Positions 1 through 12,780 of a stretch of DNA of 64,000 nucleotides are shown here, piece after piece (position 1 is the first letter of the stretch; each line of letters opens with the position of its first letter). The notes beneath the pieces are model-generated. The model saw nothing but the letters and a program-made list of their open reading frames with translations, searched no databases and was not told the DNA's origin. The position numbers were made by a program, and so were the translations under genes. Source of the DNA: Botryllus schlosseri (Eukaryota); assembly GCA_051294905.1 (NCBI GenBank), contig CM119371.1, positions 18,106,001 through 18,170,000 of the forward strand, given 5' to 3'.

Positions 1-1937
1 GTTCCGGCATACGGTCGCATTCCAGCAGAGAGTGGCTGTGACCCGTTTTGACGTCATATGCTCATGTTAAATTGGCTACTGAGAACTTCGCACCGCGTAA
101 AGCGCTTGTGGTGTTCTGTGACATCACTCATTTCTTGAGATATACCTTGCGTATAAGTTTTTAATTGTTGGAGCAGAACATCCCCGCAGGCGTGCTATCT
201 ATGCACCAAAATCGTGAGTATAAATGTTAAGAAAAGTTATCTGGATTCCCATTCTTGTCGCGCGGACCGCAAAAAAAAATTACATTTGGAAAATTTCATT
301 AGTCGATGATATTGGTGGTTTGATATATTACTGTCAATCATTTATCCATTTTAGCCCACGCCATCAGATTAAACGATAGAGCTGGTGATCTTCGAAAATG
401 TTGGGCACAAATTTATGATGATGCATCACCTTCCGGTTTTTATTAATCACTTTGTTGTATGTTGTTATTTTTGACCTCCTATAATGATTGTAAGCATAGT
501 CGAAATATACGTTGGAATCGAATAACGTAAGAGAAAAACTTTCGTTACTGAGACGCTCACGATTCCGAATTGGTATTTCTTTATGGGATGTATCATTTTG
601 CCCTGCGGTTCGCATTTGTACAGTCACCCTGAATCGCGCGAAGCGCGAATAAAATTGTTAAGTTTAAAATCTCTAAACGATTTGAGAGCCAATTCCTTAA
701 TGTAAATTGCATATTAACGGTCGCCAACACACGCCGAATAATTATTGTTCAACGGCTGCATGCGACCGTACGTCTGCAGGCTGGCTACCTCTGGTCTGTT
801 GAAATAAGGCTGCAACTTATTTGCAATGCTAAATACTAATTAGGACTCGAGGATACCGGACCACCTTCTAGCACAGTGGTTTTCAAACGCGACCCCCTGA
901 GACACTCTGTCTACGCCCCTGCAATTATGGGCATTGCCCTATTTGTATAAGCATCTCGCAGATAGTACCAATTCACTATCTCTTAGCTCTCGCGGTGCAT
1001 GGTTTCCTCGAGAATCATTATAGACAGATATCGCAAGCGGAACATATGTCAATTTAATCCTGTTGTACTCCAGAAGGAACCAATTAGTCCATTATCAGCG
1101 TTTAAATAATGGGGAGAAACTCAGAAACATTTTGTTATGATATCACAAAAGGAATGTAACTTACAAGCAATACGTACAGCTGATATGAACATAGTACGAC
1201 ATTGCACACCCGGTCAACATGTTATGAAGCGCAAAGTTGCCAGTTTATTGAGATAGCTAGTCATCGGTCCATTTTAATTCGGATCTGGTACCCCCCTGTA
1301 CACCACATCTGAGAGGTACACCCTTTCCAAAATTTGGTGCACTCCTGGGTGTACGAAACACCCGGTTGAAGAGCCCTGCTGTATATAATGTTTAACAAAT
1401 GCGTTTATTCCCGCAACCGGTTGGGAGCCACTTTTCTAAACTGTAGAAGTGGATATTTCGTTACCGGCCACCACTACATTTTTATCTAGGCTTCACCACG
1501 GCCATCTGAACCGCGTAACCCAAAGCGGTGTCTTTAAAAACAGTGAGGTGGGCCGTAGTCGGCAGGTACTGCATCAAAATGAAGAATACCGGCCTGGTTT
1601 AAATGACCATTGCACTCGAAAACGCCATGAATACCACAAACAACAACACCTATGTATTTAGCAATGCGTAACACTTCGCCGAGCCGTCTCCGGTCCCAAC
1701 GAGAAAATGTACAGTACACATTGAGAAATGTAGCTCCATGTTAGCCTCACTTCTTTTCAGGTGGCGTGCGATGAGGAGAAATCACCCAAAGTACCGCTAG
1801 AAGACTGGTTGGTGTCAGATCTGTCTAAGATGACACGCATGAAGTGTTATATCGCGCTTTACAGAGAAACCTATCCTCCATTGCAAGCGCGCCAAGTAAG
1901 ATGATGCGGACGTCTATCAGCAAGATATGGATAAATG
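1..1937 (+). repeat. Segmental duplication, copy A (paralog of 60367-63988)
   Basis: Colinear, highly similar to 60367-63988. Carries the empty site (ctcctggg 1342-1349) for the hAT insertion at 61910-63377. Confidence 0.92.
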
Positions 1938-1940
1938 AAG
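1490..1940 (+). pseudogene. Decayed ORF/exon of unknown family (MLASLL..WR..HP.Y..KTGWCQIC), copy 1
   Basis: Acceptor-like ttttatctag at 1480-1489. Frame from ATG 1738 reads MLASLLFRWRAMRRNHPKYR*KTGWCQIC, followed by stops and frameshifts. Confidence 0.4.
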
Positions 1941-2854
1941 ATAATAAGGAGTGTTATTCGATAAGACTTAAATTAGACGAAGAAGGGAGAATTGTTAGTG
2001 GTTAATATTTGCATTTTGTTCGTAGATACGTGAGTAGGTTATATATCACGTTGATATACGGTCAAAGAAGCCGTAATACAGCCTGCGTAGTTCATACTTC
2101 ATAGTAGTCAGCGTTGCTATACTCAAGCAGAAACAGGAGTGCGCTAATGCCGTGAACTTCTACTCAATTGCAAGAAGAAGTAGCTATTTTCAATACATGT
2201 TGTTATCTGTTCACCGTAGCTTGATATAGTGATGATTCGTGTTTTAGGGTGTCAGTTTGCAATTCAACTGTTATCCTTTATCTGTATTTCGTTTTCCTGT
2301 CTCGTTTTTCTAATCAACAATTCTAAATGTCCGTTTGTATTTAAATTGATTGTTCAAGTACTGTTTTACGTGTCTTTTTACTCGTGCTACACATTGTCGT
2401 CGTGAATCTTTTCGCACTCCCTATTGCAGCAGATTGGCATACCTACTTGCTCTGCCTAAAGTACAATGGTGGCTAACCCAATATTATGGGTTGCGCTGTA
2501 TCAGTAACTTGACCTACCACGTCCTTTGCTGTCCTGGTATCGCGAATTCTCAATCCACAGATACACTCAATGCGGTTTATTTAGATACGTCACCATTGTA
2601 GGTAGCATGAAAGAGTCTCACATCTTAAAACCTTGGAAGCCGCTTTGTATACTCAGGGTTCATCATGTAATAATGAGATAATATCGAAGTGCGAAGTAAG
2701 TTACACTGATATGGTGAGTAGTAGGGCGATCACGTGGTAAATTATTGTTACTAAGAAATTGTAATATTTCCTTAATATCAGATACATTACCGCCTTACTA
2801 TTCTTCGAGCACCGGAGCAGACTTAGACAGCTGGAAAATATATAGCTTTTCCAA

Positions 2855-3630
2855 ATTAGATGAGAATTAGAATCATAGCTACACAGTTGCTTCCGTATTA
2901 GACGAAGAATCAGAGTTATAGCTACACCGTTATTTCCCAAATAGACTTAAATTAGAATTATAGCGACACAGTATCGTCCGAATTAGATTAGAATTAGAAT
3001 TATAGCTACACAATTGTTTTCATATTAAACAAAGAATCATAATTATAGCTACAAAGCTTTTTCCCAATTAGAGTCAAATAAGAATTACAGCTAGACAGAT
3101 TCTTTTAAATTAGATTATAATCAGAATTATAGCTACACAGTTGTTTCCGTATTAGACGAAGAATCAGAATTATAGCTACACCGTTATTTCCCAATTAGGC
3201 TTACATTACAATTATAGCTACACAATATCGTCCTATTTAGATTAGAATCAGAATTATAGTTACACAATTGTTTCCATGTTAAACAAAGAATCATAATTAT
3301 AGCTACAAAGTTATTTCCCAATTAGAGTCAAATAAGAATCATGGCTAGACAGATTCTTTTAAATTAGATTATAATCAGAACTATAGCTACACGTTGTTTC
3401 CGTATTAGACGAAGAATCAGAATTATAGCTACAAAGTTATTTCCCAATTAGAGTCAAATAAGAATTACAGCTAGACAGATTCTTTTAAATTAGATTATAA
3501 TCAGAATTATAGCTACACAGTTGTTTCCATATTATACTGAAAATCAGAATTATAGCAACACAGTCATTACCCAATTAGACCCAAATTAGAGTTATAGCTA
3601 CACAGTTTCTTCCAAATTAGATTAGAATTA
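2855..3630 (+). repeat. Minisatellite of ~42-bp monomers arranged as a 254-bp higher-order repeat
   Basis: Monomer core gaattatagctacaca. The variant tagctacac(a)gttg(c/t)ttccgtattagacg recurs at 2876, 3130 and 3384. Confidence 0.9.
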
Positions 3631-4029
3631 TAAGTACAGAATTCTCGAAAACTTGGATATTGATTGAATGAAGTTCAGCCCATATAAAATCATAGCTCGT
3701 TCTCATCAGAATGAGAGCAGCAAATGCCTTTTAGCCTAAAGCAAGCGTGACGCTTTTCGCATAGTTCTCCTTTATAGCATTTACAGGAAAACCCGGATTA
3801 GATTAGAATTAATATTAGAGCAAAGAAAAATTTCACCGATCAGATTACTGAGAGATCAATTTGGATACTCCGCACACGCGCTGATCAGAAATATTCAGGG
3901 TTAGGATTTCGGGATCAAATCGGATATGCCATTTCGGGATTTCTCAAGATTAGCCTCTACTCCATATTATCCCAGGATTTTTCGGGATTTGCAAAATATA
4001 ACAATCTGCAAGCTACACAAATCTTATTT

Positions 4030-4535
4030 GTTAAGTCAATCGATTCAAGTCATTTTCTATTCACCGCCGAGTCAAATCCGAGTCCAAGTCAGCTAGTAGA
4101 GGGTTGAGTCAGAGTCAGAGCGTTTTGACTGACTCCGAGTCCAAGTCAATATGGTCACTGTGCAGTTTTCATTTCATTCCGGTTCAACCCTCTCTTTTCA
4201 ACTCTGCTCGGGTGATACAGAATGGCTCGCATTCAAAATATAGTAATTTTCCTCAGTCTTAACAGTTTCTGGCCAAATTTTCCGAGTATCAGGACTGATA
4301 GACGAAATACCAATAATGTGGTAACTTTACTATTCTTCGAAGTTACAATGAAATGTCTGCCTTGGCCGTCCTTGTCTCGAGTCATATGACCTGGTTCGAG
4401 TCATGCGCGATGACTTGAGTACAAGTTGAGTCAATTCGAGTCAATTCAAGCCCAGTCGAGTCATTTTACGTATTTGAAAAATGACTCGATTCAAGTCGAG
4501 TCACCAAAAATCGTGGCTCTAGTCGGACTACATAA
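4030..4535. mobile_element. Degenerate DNA-transposon remnant with GAGTC/GACTC subterminal repeats (related piece at ~9700-9960)
   Basis: Dense clusters of gagtc/aagtc motifs. No TIR pair or TSD could be recovered. Confidence 0.4.
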
Positions 4536-4680
4536 TATAATCTACTATCATGCAGATTGGTACGGTGTCATAGTGCTATAGATTGGGGATAATGTATCTA
4601 TCTGTGTTACTGAAAGTCAAGGGTTTGTGGACGAGCGTAATTCCTTTGGAATCGGGAGACTGTATTACAGGATTTGCTTG

Positions 4681-5799
4681 TTAGCGCACACGAATGGCTT
4701 GCAGAGGGATTATTTCCGGTCTTCCGTGATGGGCTCTTCGACACAAGAACACCCAGGGAAGAAATTTTAATTTCCAGTCGTTTGCAATTAAATTGACGCA
4801 AATTAGATTGATCATCAAGTTTAAAGCAACAATACTTGTAAGTGGGTAAGCAATTTCAATGAACATCAAAAGTAATATCGCTACGGCTGTGTCTGTCACT
4901 AAGGTTACTGTTGTCAGAACAGTCACTCTTTTTAGTAATCGAACATATTTATGGCAGGTTGGAAGACTTGACTTGCGATTATATTGCATGTTCCTAATCA
5001 ATGGATAGATGAATAAAATCAGGAGTGAAAATTGGATGGTCCACGGATGTGCCATCAGCATCCAAGTGAGGCGTCCGGACGCTAAATGCGATACGATTCT
5101 GTACGACTCCCATTCCATTAACATAAAGACAGTTAAAAAAATGATAACGACTGCCATATAAACGATGAAATATTTGCTGGTGAATCTTGCTATCTCATTC
5201 GAAAGATGAGCCAGTGTCTTTTCCCGATAGAACGATCTTTGCCTTTTCCAAATCACTCCGTATATGGTTAGACGCACAATTCCCCAGACAGATATCAAGT
5301 AAATAGATACTGACGACAGAAAATTGAAAATAGATCTACATTTGTCAGGATATAGAGAATTCATGTATTCCGCGTGCTCTTTAGTTAATCCTCCGCCAGC
5401 AATAAAATCGTATACATCAGACTTGCTCGGATTGCTTTCAATAAACTCAATCAGAGTTCTTTGAGCCTCGAACGACATTTTATTTGTACTGTTCAAATTC
5501 CTAATAGAATCATCGATGTCATTCCATTCGTCCGTCCCGAGAGTGCAATACTGTTTAATTAATATCCCACTTGCTATATCCAGCATTAATAGAACAGCGA
5601 CGAAAATGAAGCTAACAGCCAGCAGAATGTTTTCAACCCTCTTTCTTGTGACCTTACAATCCCAACAAGACGGCTCGGGTTCGCGAATCACATGCAACCA
5701 TAGTACAAAACAGATGTAGAGAACAATACCACACGCCACTGATTCACACGGTAACACAATGTCGACAGCACCAAAGGTTATATCCATTTGCTCTTGCAT
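4681..5799 (-). CDS. Intronless 7-transmembrane GPCR-like protein, paralog 1 (372 aa)
   Basis: Intact ORF with seven hydrophobic segments. Motifs IW(K/Q)RQRxFY..LAHLS after TM3, IQFxLLILFIYPLI in TM5 and DWKLKxxPW after TM7 are shared with the two paralogs. No canonical DRY or NPxxY motif. Confidence 0.85.
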   Translation of the reverse strand: MQEQMDITFGAVDIVLPCESVACGIVLYICFVLWLHVIREPEPSCWDCKVTRKRVENILLAVSFIFVAVLLMLDIASGILIKQYCTLGTDEWNDIDDSIRNLNSTNKMSFEAQRTLIEFIESNPSKSDVYDFIAGGGLTKEHAEYMNSLYPDKCRSIFNFLSSVSIYLISVWGIVRLTIYGVIWKRQRSFYREKTLAHLSNEIARFTSKYFIVYMAVVIIFLTVFMLMEWESYRIVSHLASGRLTWMLMAHPWTIQFSLLILFIYPLIRNMQYNRKSSLPTCHKYVRLLKRVTVLTTVTLVTDTAVAILLLMFIEIAYPLTSIVALNLMINLICVNLIANDWKLKFLPWVFLCRRAHHGRPEIIPLQAIRVR

Positions 5800-6927
5800 A
5801 ATTTCTTGAGTCTGCTTATAACAATATCAATACAGTTAATCTGTCAAAAGTAAAAGGCAATTTGCGTCGTCAAAATTCAAGTTGCAGATAAAGTAGTAAT
5901 ATATCCTCAACTTATAACGCCCATTTATAAACGAAATAAAATGACGATTAACACTGAGATGTATATATAGGCTGTGCAGTATTCGGACATGGTCAATGTA
6001 GTGAAGGAGGCTCCTCAAGTAGAAGTAGGATAAGCGTGGCATCATTCTACTCAAGTACGAGTAGAAGTGCATGGTGATATCGGAAGGTTCTGTAAATCAG
6101 CCTAAAATACGCCCTCGCTGAACGTCGAAACTGTAAAGTGACATATGCGTAAGGCGGATCGGAAAAATTATTCCCTGGATTGCGTATTATCAGTTACAAT
6201 CTTTGGTGATCATTGCGCATATTTTAAAGAAGACCATCGTTCGACATGCGCCGACATTTTACCTGACTATATCGAGAGACACGGAACGATCAACGCTGTT
6301 TTACTAATGCATCGCTGTTATCAGGAATCTGTTCATGTTATCCGTCGACCGATAAAGTGTAGGTCAACTTATTCTTCGACTCTTGTTGCGGACCCTAAAC
6401 GGAACGCGACGTTTTCTCGTACTACTGTTGATAGCCGAACGCGCACCATGTGCGTACTGTGTAAAGCAGGTATGGGTAAACTTTTCAAATCTCGGACCGC
6501 ATTCAACATCTGAATCACTTAGCGGGCCTCATTATAGTATAGTCGGAATTATAAGCCACGTCGCAAGCTTTCATTTGATTATGTAGTAACCAAATAGCAA
6601 CCGAAGACACGCAGACAATACACAAACCATCTAAACATTGATTTGATGAACGCACATGCGTCAGAAACATTAACGATATTTTACAAGCTGGCCATCCTCA
6701 ATCACTTCGTCAAAATTAGGCGTGAAAGGAGGTTGCGCCACTTCTCAATAAAGGATGGGAATTTGAATGGGAGCAGTGATCGGCTCGTAGATATATGTTG
6801 AGTCTGCGTTTGGTCAACTTCATAACGCACAATGCCGACAGCGTCATAAGGAGCATATCACCTGTAAGCAGAAACCAAATGATAACGAAGAAAAGCCAGA
6901 GGCAGTCTGACAGAGACGTATATCCAT

Positions 6928-9011
6928 CAGACGTGGGGTAATCGCGATTAGTAATCATAATCGATTACGACGATTATAGCATTTCCAAGTAATCGTAATC
7001 GCGATCGATTACATTCGAAAAAAATCCAAAGTAATCGTAATCGCAATCGACTATTTCACATATCTCATCGATTTCTTTGTGAAGGAACGATTACTTTTTA
7101 TTTGTGCAAGGATTATATAACATGAACTGAACCGTGATCATTCTTGAACAATGAAGAATGCGATATTATACCAGGTTATTGCTGGCAGAAACGTCGGCTT
7201 TTCAGATGCTACCGCCCATTATTATGTCACATTAAGTATTAGCTTTGCACGTCCTTGCGCAACGAATTATCCACTCGCAGTAAATAGATATTCAATTTAC
7301 ATTATACATGTCGTTGTGTGATTGTAAGAACACGCTCCATGCCTTATACCAGGTTATCAATACACTCAGAAGTCACTAACTTGTAGCAGGATAATAATCA
7401 CCACTCTGCCTAGTTTCAAATGGTAACTTACGTATTGATGTTTTTACTATATGCTTGGTTAAATCCAGTTTGACTGTTTCTGCTTGACGAGCAGTAGGCC
7501 TACTTACGTACGCCGGAAAAAGATTTGAAATTTTGTGCTCGTCAAATTGAACATGACGATTTCCATATCGAAGAATTAAATATCAACCGCGGCTGATATA
7601 GATCATAACGGCGTCGTTATTTGCCGTTACGCGTAACGGTATTTCACAATATGTGGATTGTAGGCCGAACACTGTGTTCCATTTATCTTATTCTCATATG
7701 GCCCTACTTGAAACGGGCACCAATCGTTGTTTCGCAATTCTTTACTCTTCATTTGGATCTACCACCATAGCTATCCGCTTATACAACATCCTAGCTTGGA
7801 TTGCAGCTAGAATCTGGACCAACACAGTATTGGTACCCAACACGTTGGGCTCTGGCCCCCACAGGATGATCAATAAAACTTATGGCGGGCGTAGTCCCCC
7901 TCGCTCCCCTTTTACGGCCTGGCTTTTAGCCACAACAGGAGAGCACGACCTGTGGATTTGATGTGTATTTGCTTTCAACTCGCGCCAATTTCTGCGAGAA
8001 ATATCTCAAATTCATGACTGAATTCCGTCTATAATATGGGTAATTGCATATATTACTAAATATTTTTGATCCTCTCTGAGCCCCGTGGTGAGATATACCG
8101 GTCGATCTGGGGATGTGGTGTCTATGAAATTTAGGGCACGCAATTTATAATTATAACTCGGGTGGGCTAAATCCGTGGCCTCCCGTCTGCAATAATTAAG
8201 AAATATTGGAGTTACCCCAACGTAGCAGACTATAAGAAAACTAAACAAAATCTTTCGTGAGATGCTCACACAAATTGTCGTATGTTCACGGGCGCATTTT
8301 CCTCTGTGGGTGACCTGGGTGGCAATTGTATCGTGAGGCTCAGATTGAGAGGACAAGATTATTCGTCGCATCCATCCTGCGTGGTTATGGACAATGGATA
8401 CACACACAAAATTTCGCCCAAGCAAAGTCTTTCTTTGGTAGAGTGAAGTCACAGGTTGATCGAAACTGCATAGCCTATGTCTTGGCGCATCGTGGCGCGG
8501 TAGTGTCCGGCACCGAAATGCCTATTTGTATAAATTATGCATATTTTTTTTTTGGGGGGGGGAGAGGTATGCATTTCAAAATCAAGGTATTTAGCGACAT
8601 TCAATCGCAAAGCGCAAAAAAATTAAAGTTACTTAAATCACTCGCCAATACCCTATAATTTATGTTGATTTCGAAATAATTTTGTGTCGCCTTCGAATTT
8701 GTTCCCCACCCTCTTGGGAGGTTTGGTTATGGCCCTGGCTAGAATGCAAATAGTCATGACGTCTCTTACAAACGGATGTTGTTCTCTCATGAGGCCTTTT
8801 CATCACAATCCTACTATTGTCTTCAAATATGTGTTTAAAGAAAATTCTGAGAAACGAAATAAATGTAATCGCGAGTAATCGTGATTACTTTTCCAATGTA
8901 ATCGTAATCGACTACTTCCTGATTTTCCTGTACTCGTAATCGTAATCGCGAGATTTAGAAGTAATCGTAATCGCAATCGATTACATTCATAAAGTAATCA
9001 CCCCATGTCTG
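6928..9011. mobile_element. Non-autonomous hAT element with GTAATC/GATTAC subterminal repeats
   Basis: TIR cagac(g/a)tggggt. Perfect 8-bp TSD atatccat (6920-6927 and 9012-9019). Confidence 0.9.
7814..8737 (+). mobile_element. Diverged Tip100-like hAT element nested in 6928-9011
   Basis: Perfect TSD gctagaat (7806-7813, 8738-8745). Right end gttatggccctg. Internal similarity to the CAGGGCCGTAAC family. Confidence 0.75.
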
Positions 9012-11674
9012 ATATCCATAGCGGCTATGACATGTCATAGACATGTCCTTAAGTAACCGTGTCATCACTAGAGATGGCATAAGGGTAATATTACTTTTAA
9101 AACAGAAATCTATTCAATATTCATATTTAAGGGGGCACTACTAGTTGAAAATGAATTTTACAGGTGTTCACGTTTGTGGGCATATCTCCCACAAGGTAGA
9201 TGCGAGGTCCATGATCCATATATTGTTGGAAAGGGCACGAAATTTCCTTTCCGAATATGGTCTTTATGTTAAAATATAAGCATACCCCTCAAGGGGATAA
9301 GAACTCAAAAAGTTATGTAAATTTTCACCACCCGTTCACCAAAATCCTAAAAAGTTTAAATGCTCTATAGATACTCATCTCAAAATTGATGGAGGGATAG
9401 TACAGACATATATCTATAAGCCAATGTGGGGATTTTCAAAAAAACGTTTCGTTATTTTTTTGTTTTGAGTAATGAATTCCCACAGACTGCCCTATAAGAT
9501 TTCAATACAGCGGTTCGCGCGAGTGCACGGCATGTAGTGCTCGAATGCGGTTCCTGTATCAATGAAATGTCATTGTAACGATGGATACATGTATCTATTT
9601 CTTACTACGAATATATTGGCTATTTTTGTCAGAAAGTACACCAGTATATCTACAAGTGTCGCTACCTCCGATTCACACGTCATATCGAGCCAATGCAGAT
9701 TCTGACTCGAGTCAAGTGATACCAAATTATACAGTACGAGACATGATTGAAGTCATTGGATTTTTCATGATGTTTAAAGTACAGATTGCGTTGGTATCTA
9801 TTCTGAAACGAGAAACGACTCGACTCGAGTCGCAATTTTTCGGTTTCTCGACTTTCCTCTATTTATTTTGTTCAATCTCGAAACTGACTCGGCTCAACTG
9901 AAGTCACTTTATGTATTCACTTGACTTGACCAGCGATATTGCTATGACTCGACTTAGTAATTAATAACCTTCCTTTTGTATCTCATATTTTGTTACATGA
10001 TTTAAAGATGCGATAATCTCATCATTGTTGCATGATGCGTGAGCATTGAGCAGTTGAGCACTCTGAGCAGTCAATACACCACGAGTAAGCGCACTCATGG
10101 TCATCGTGCTCTTAGTTGTGGTGCAACATGCGACGACGCAATGCAGTTCACAGTTTTATTAATTTGAATCAATGGTTCTTAACCTTTTTCCGCCAGCACC
10201 ATCTTTCAGGGAATTTCATGGTCTGGCGACCTCACATTATGAAGAGGGCTGTACTGAAGACGATGGGTGATCGAAGACGGATTTGCAGATTCGGGCGTGT
10301 ATTCCGAAGAATCTTCAGGCCCTAATCGTGACGGATGGTGGTTGACTATCGAACGATGCGAATATTGTTTATAATATATGTTTTGGGCAATCAAGCTGTT
10401 ATTAAAACATTGGGGAACTGTCTTAAATCTACATTACTCAATTTCACATTTACTTCCGATATGGCCATTACAAAACTCCAAGCATATGCTCATCAGTCCT
10501 GGTTAAATAAATAAATGCAGACTATATAGCAAATTTCTGAAAACGATACATGCAGTAGAGATTATATAGCAGGGTGGGCAAACTGCGGCTCGCGAGCCGC
10601 ATGCGGCTCTTTCAGCCTTTGATTGCGAGTCTTTAATGACCGCACAATGCACATGAGTTTCGTCATTTTGCTAGAGAGGTTTCACCTAATTATAAATTGA
10701 TGCATTCTATCGCGTATTAAAAATATACGTATTGATCTCTTGTTGTTTCTTTCCATCTGGTTTACGCAATCAATGATATTGATAAATGATTGTAATCAAG
10801 TACAGATAACTCCCGTACGTAGGTTAGTTCTATAATGAACTTGATAATTAATCACGCCTGCGCAAATCCAATCATTTCCAGGCTAACAGTGGTGTATCAT
10901 GCTCTTCCATTTGTATTGTAAAGGCTAGTAATAACTGCAGAGTTTGTCCATGAAAAATCCGTCGAGATTACCGAGCTGAAATCTTCCTTGAATTTACATC
11001 ATGACTTGAAGGTGCTGCTCTGCACTGCTCGGACGTCATAGCAGACTGGTTTCAAACAACTTGCATCTCAGGTGGAGACGCATCGTATCACCTCACAATA
11101 ACAAAGTCATTCAACTATGGTTACGCGAACGTAAACCTCATGACGTCATGTGACTTCATATTGCTTATTCCAACCCTACATTTCAGTGAAGTGATATATT
11201 AATGTACGTGATACCTAGCGACGACTCGGGCCAGATAATGCCAAAATGCTGAAGTACATACTGACCTTTTAAACGTCGCCAAATGTCTCAACTGTGGCAA
11301 TCAAATGATATAATAATCCTATAAAATCGATATTTTTTGTCGCCTTTCCAGCAATTTCGACGAGGACTTGCAAGGGAATATAAGCTTACGCTTTAACAGT
11401 CTAGGTCAGACGACGTATCCGGCGTCTGAGTGTTGCTACGTTTATATTGAGCAGAGTGTAAACGGGTCTCCATAGTTGCTACCGATATTACTCCATTAAC
11501 AAGTTGTGTACAGCAGTAGCCAAAACCCCAATCGCGCGGATTTGGTTTGTATAACACAACAAACATATAAAATGGATATGGAGCCCGTAAGCTTGCTAAA
11601 TGCTTTACCTCAGACAACGATAGCCATTTCATAAATTGGTTGAATAAGCATCATTCACAGACTATAACTACAGA

Positions 11675-12780
11675 CAGGGCCGTAACAGCACTTCGCCAGC
11701 CCCTCAAAAAACGTGGGTCTTGGGCCCCCCTATGTTGATGAACCGAACTTTTGGGGGGCTTCGCCCCCCAGTCCCCCTCATGCTATTAGATAATTACCGC
11801 GACTTACATATCATCTACATTTAGAGCCGTTTAGTAGGTCAGCTTTTCTCGCCTAAACGCGCGAGGCGCGAAATTTTTCTATAATTCATGATTCAATCGG
11901 TTAATATGATCGGGAATTGCATATCTCTTGTTATCAATTTTTATCCTCTCTCTGCTCACGTAATCAGATTTACAGGTAGAGGTGAGTGAGGTGTGTTTGA
12001 AAAGGTAGGACCCCTCAATATTATAATTAAACATCTTCGGGCGTATACCCGTTGGCAGGAACGAAACAGCACTTCGTCAGGCCCCGCAAAAAATCTTAGT
12101 CTTGGACTCCCACGGGGTGATAAACCTACGCCACATGATCTTGTTCGCTTTTGCCACGAAATGAGTGGTAGGCTACTGCCGAGTGAGCCAGCGCCAAGCG
12201 CGAAAATTTTCGAAAATTCATGATAAAATCGGCGAATAAGATCGGGAATTGCAAATATATTGCCATCAACTTCTTGTCCTCTCTGCTCAGGTAATCAGAT
12301 TTACCGGTAGAGCTGAGTTAGGTGTTTTGGAAATTGTAGGGCCCGTTGGTATAAATCCTTAACATTATGTTATTTCGTGACCTCCTGTCTCCTATATAAA
12401 AAAATATATAGAATCGCCATAACGTAGGCTAGGAAACTAAAAGACGCAGACGATTTCAAATTAGTATTTCTTCACAGGCATATAATTTTTCCCTGCGGGA
12501 TGGTATTGGTCTTGTGAGGTTCGGATTGCCAAGACAGTATTTTGTTTTCGGTCAGCATTTAGGCGGTCCTTTACGGCCAAGATTTTCTCGCTGTCCATCG
12601 TTCTGGCACACTTCTTGTAGTTCCATGTTACATGGCCTACTTGGTGCGTCGTGGTGGGGTAATGGTCAACGCCGATATGCCCTTTTCTATCAATCTTGCG
12701 TATTTTTTCTTTGGGGAAGAGTACCCAAAAATCAAGATAATTGGCAACTTGAAGTTGCGCGGAGTGGGAGTGAACTTCAA
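11675..12780 (+). mobile_element. Tip100-like hAT family (CAGGGCCGTAAC end), right end lost
   Basis: Starts cagggccgtaacagcacttcg and is colinear with 56400-57746. Confidence 0.75.

Noticed and set aside
364..627. 87-aa ORF conserved with 60727-60984, and similar recurring short ORFs
   Set aside because: The similarity reflects recent duplication of TE-derived DNA. No domain or coding signature was seen.
1750..1905. Exon starting at cttcttttcag/GTGGCG in the VAYDEE...EDWLVSDL frame
   Set aside because: The AG is lost in the 46.7 kb copy, copy 4 has an early stop in this frame, and substitutions fit the MLASLL/WCQIC frame better.
9127..9545. Kolobok-like element (ttaa followed by gggggcactac)
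   Set aside because: No matching right terminus or second TTAA was found.
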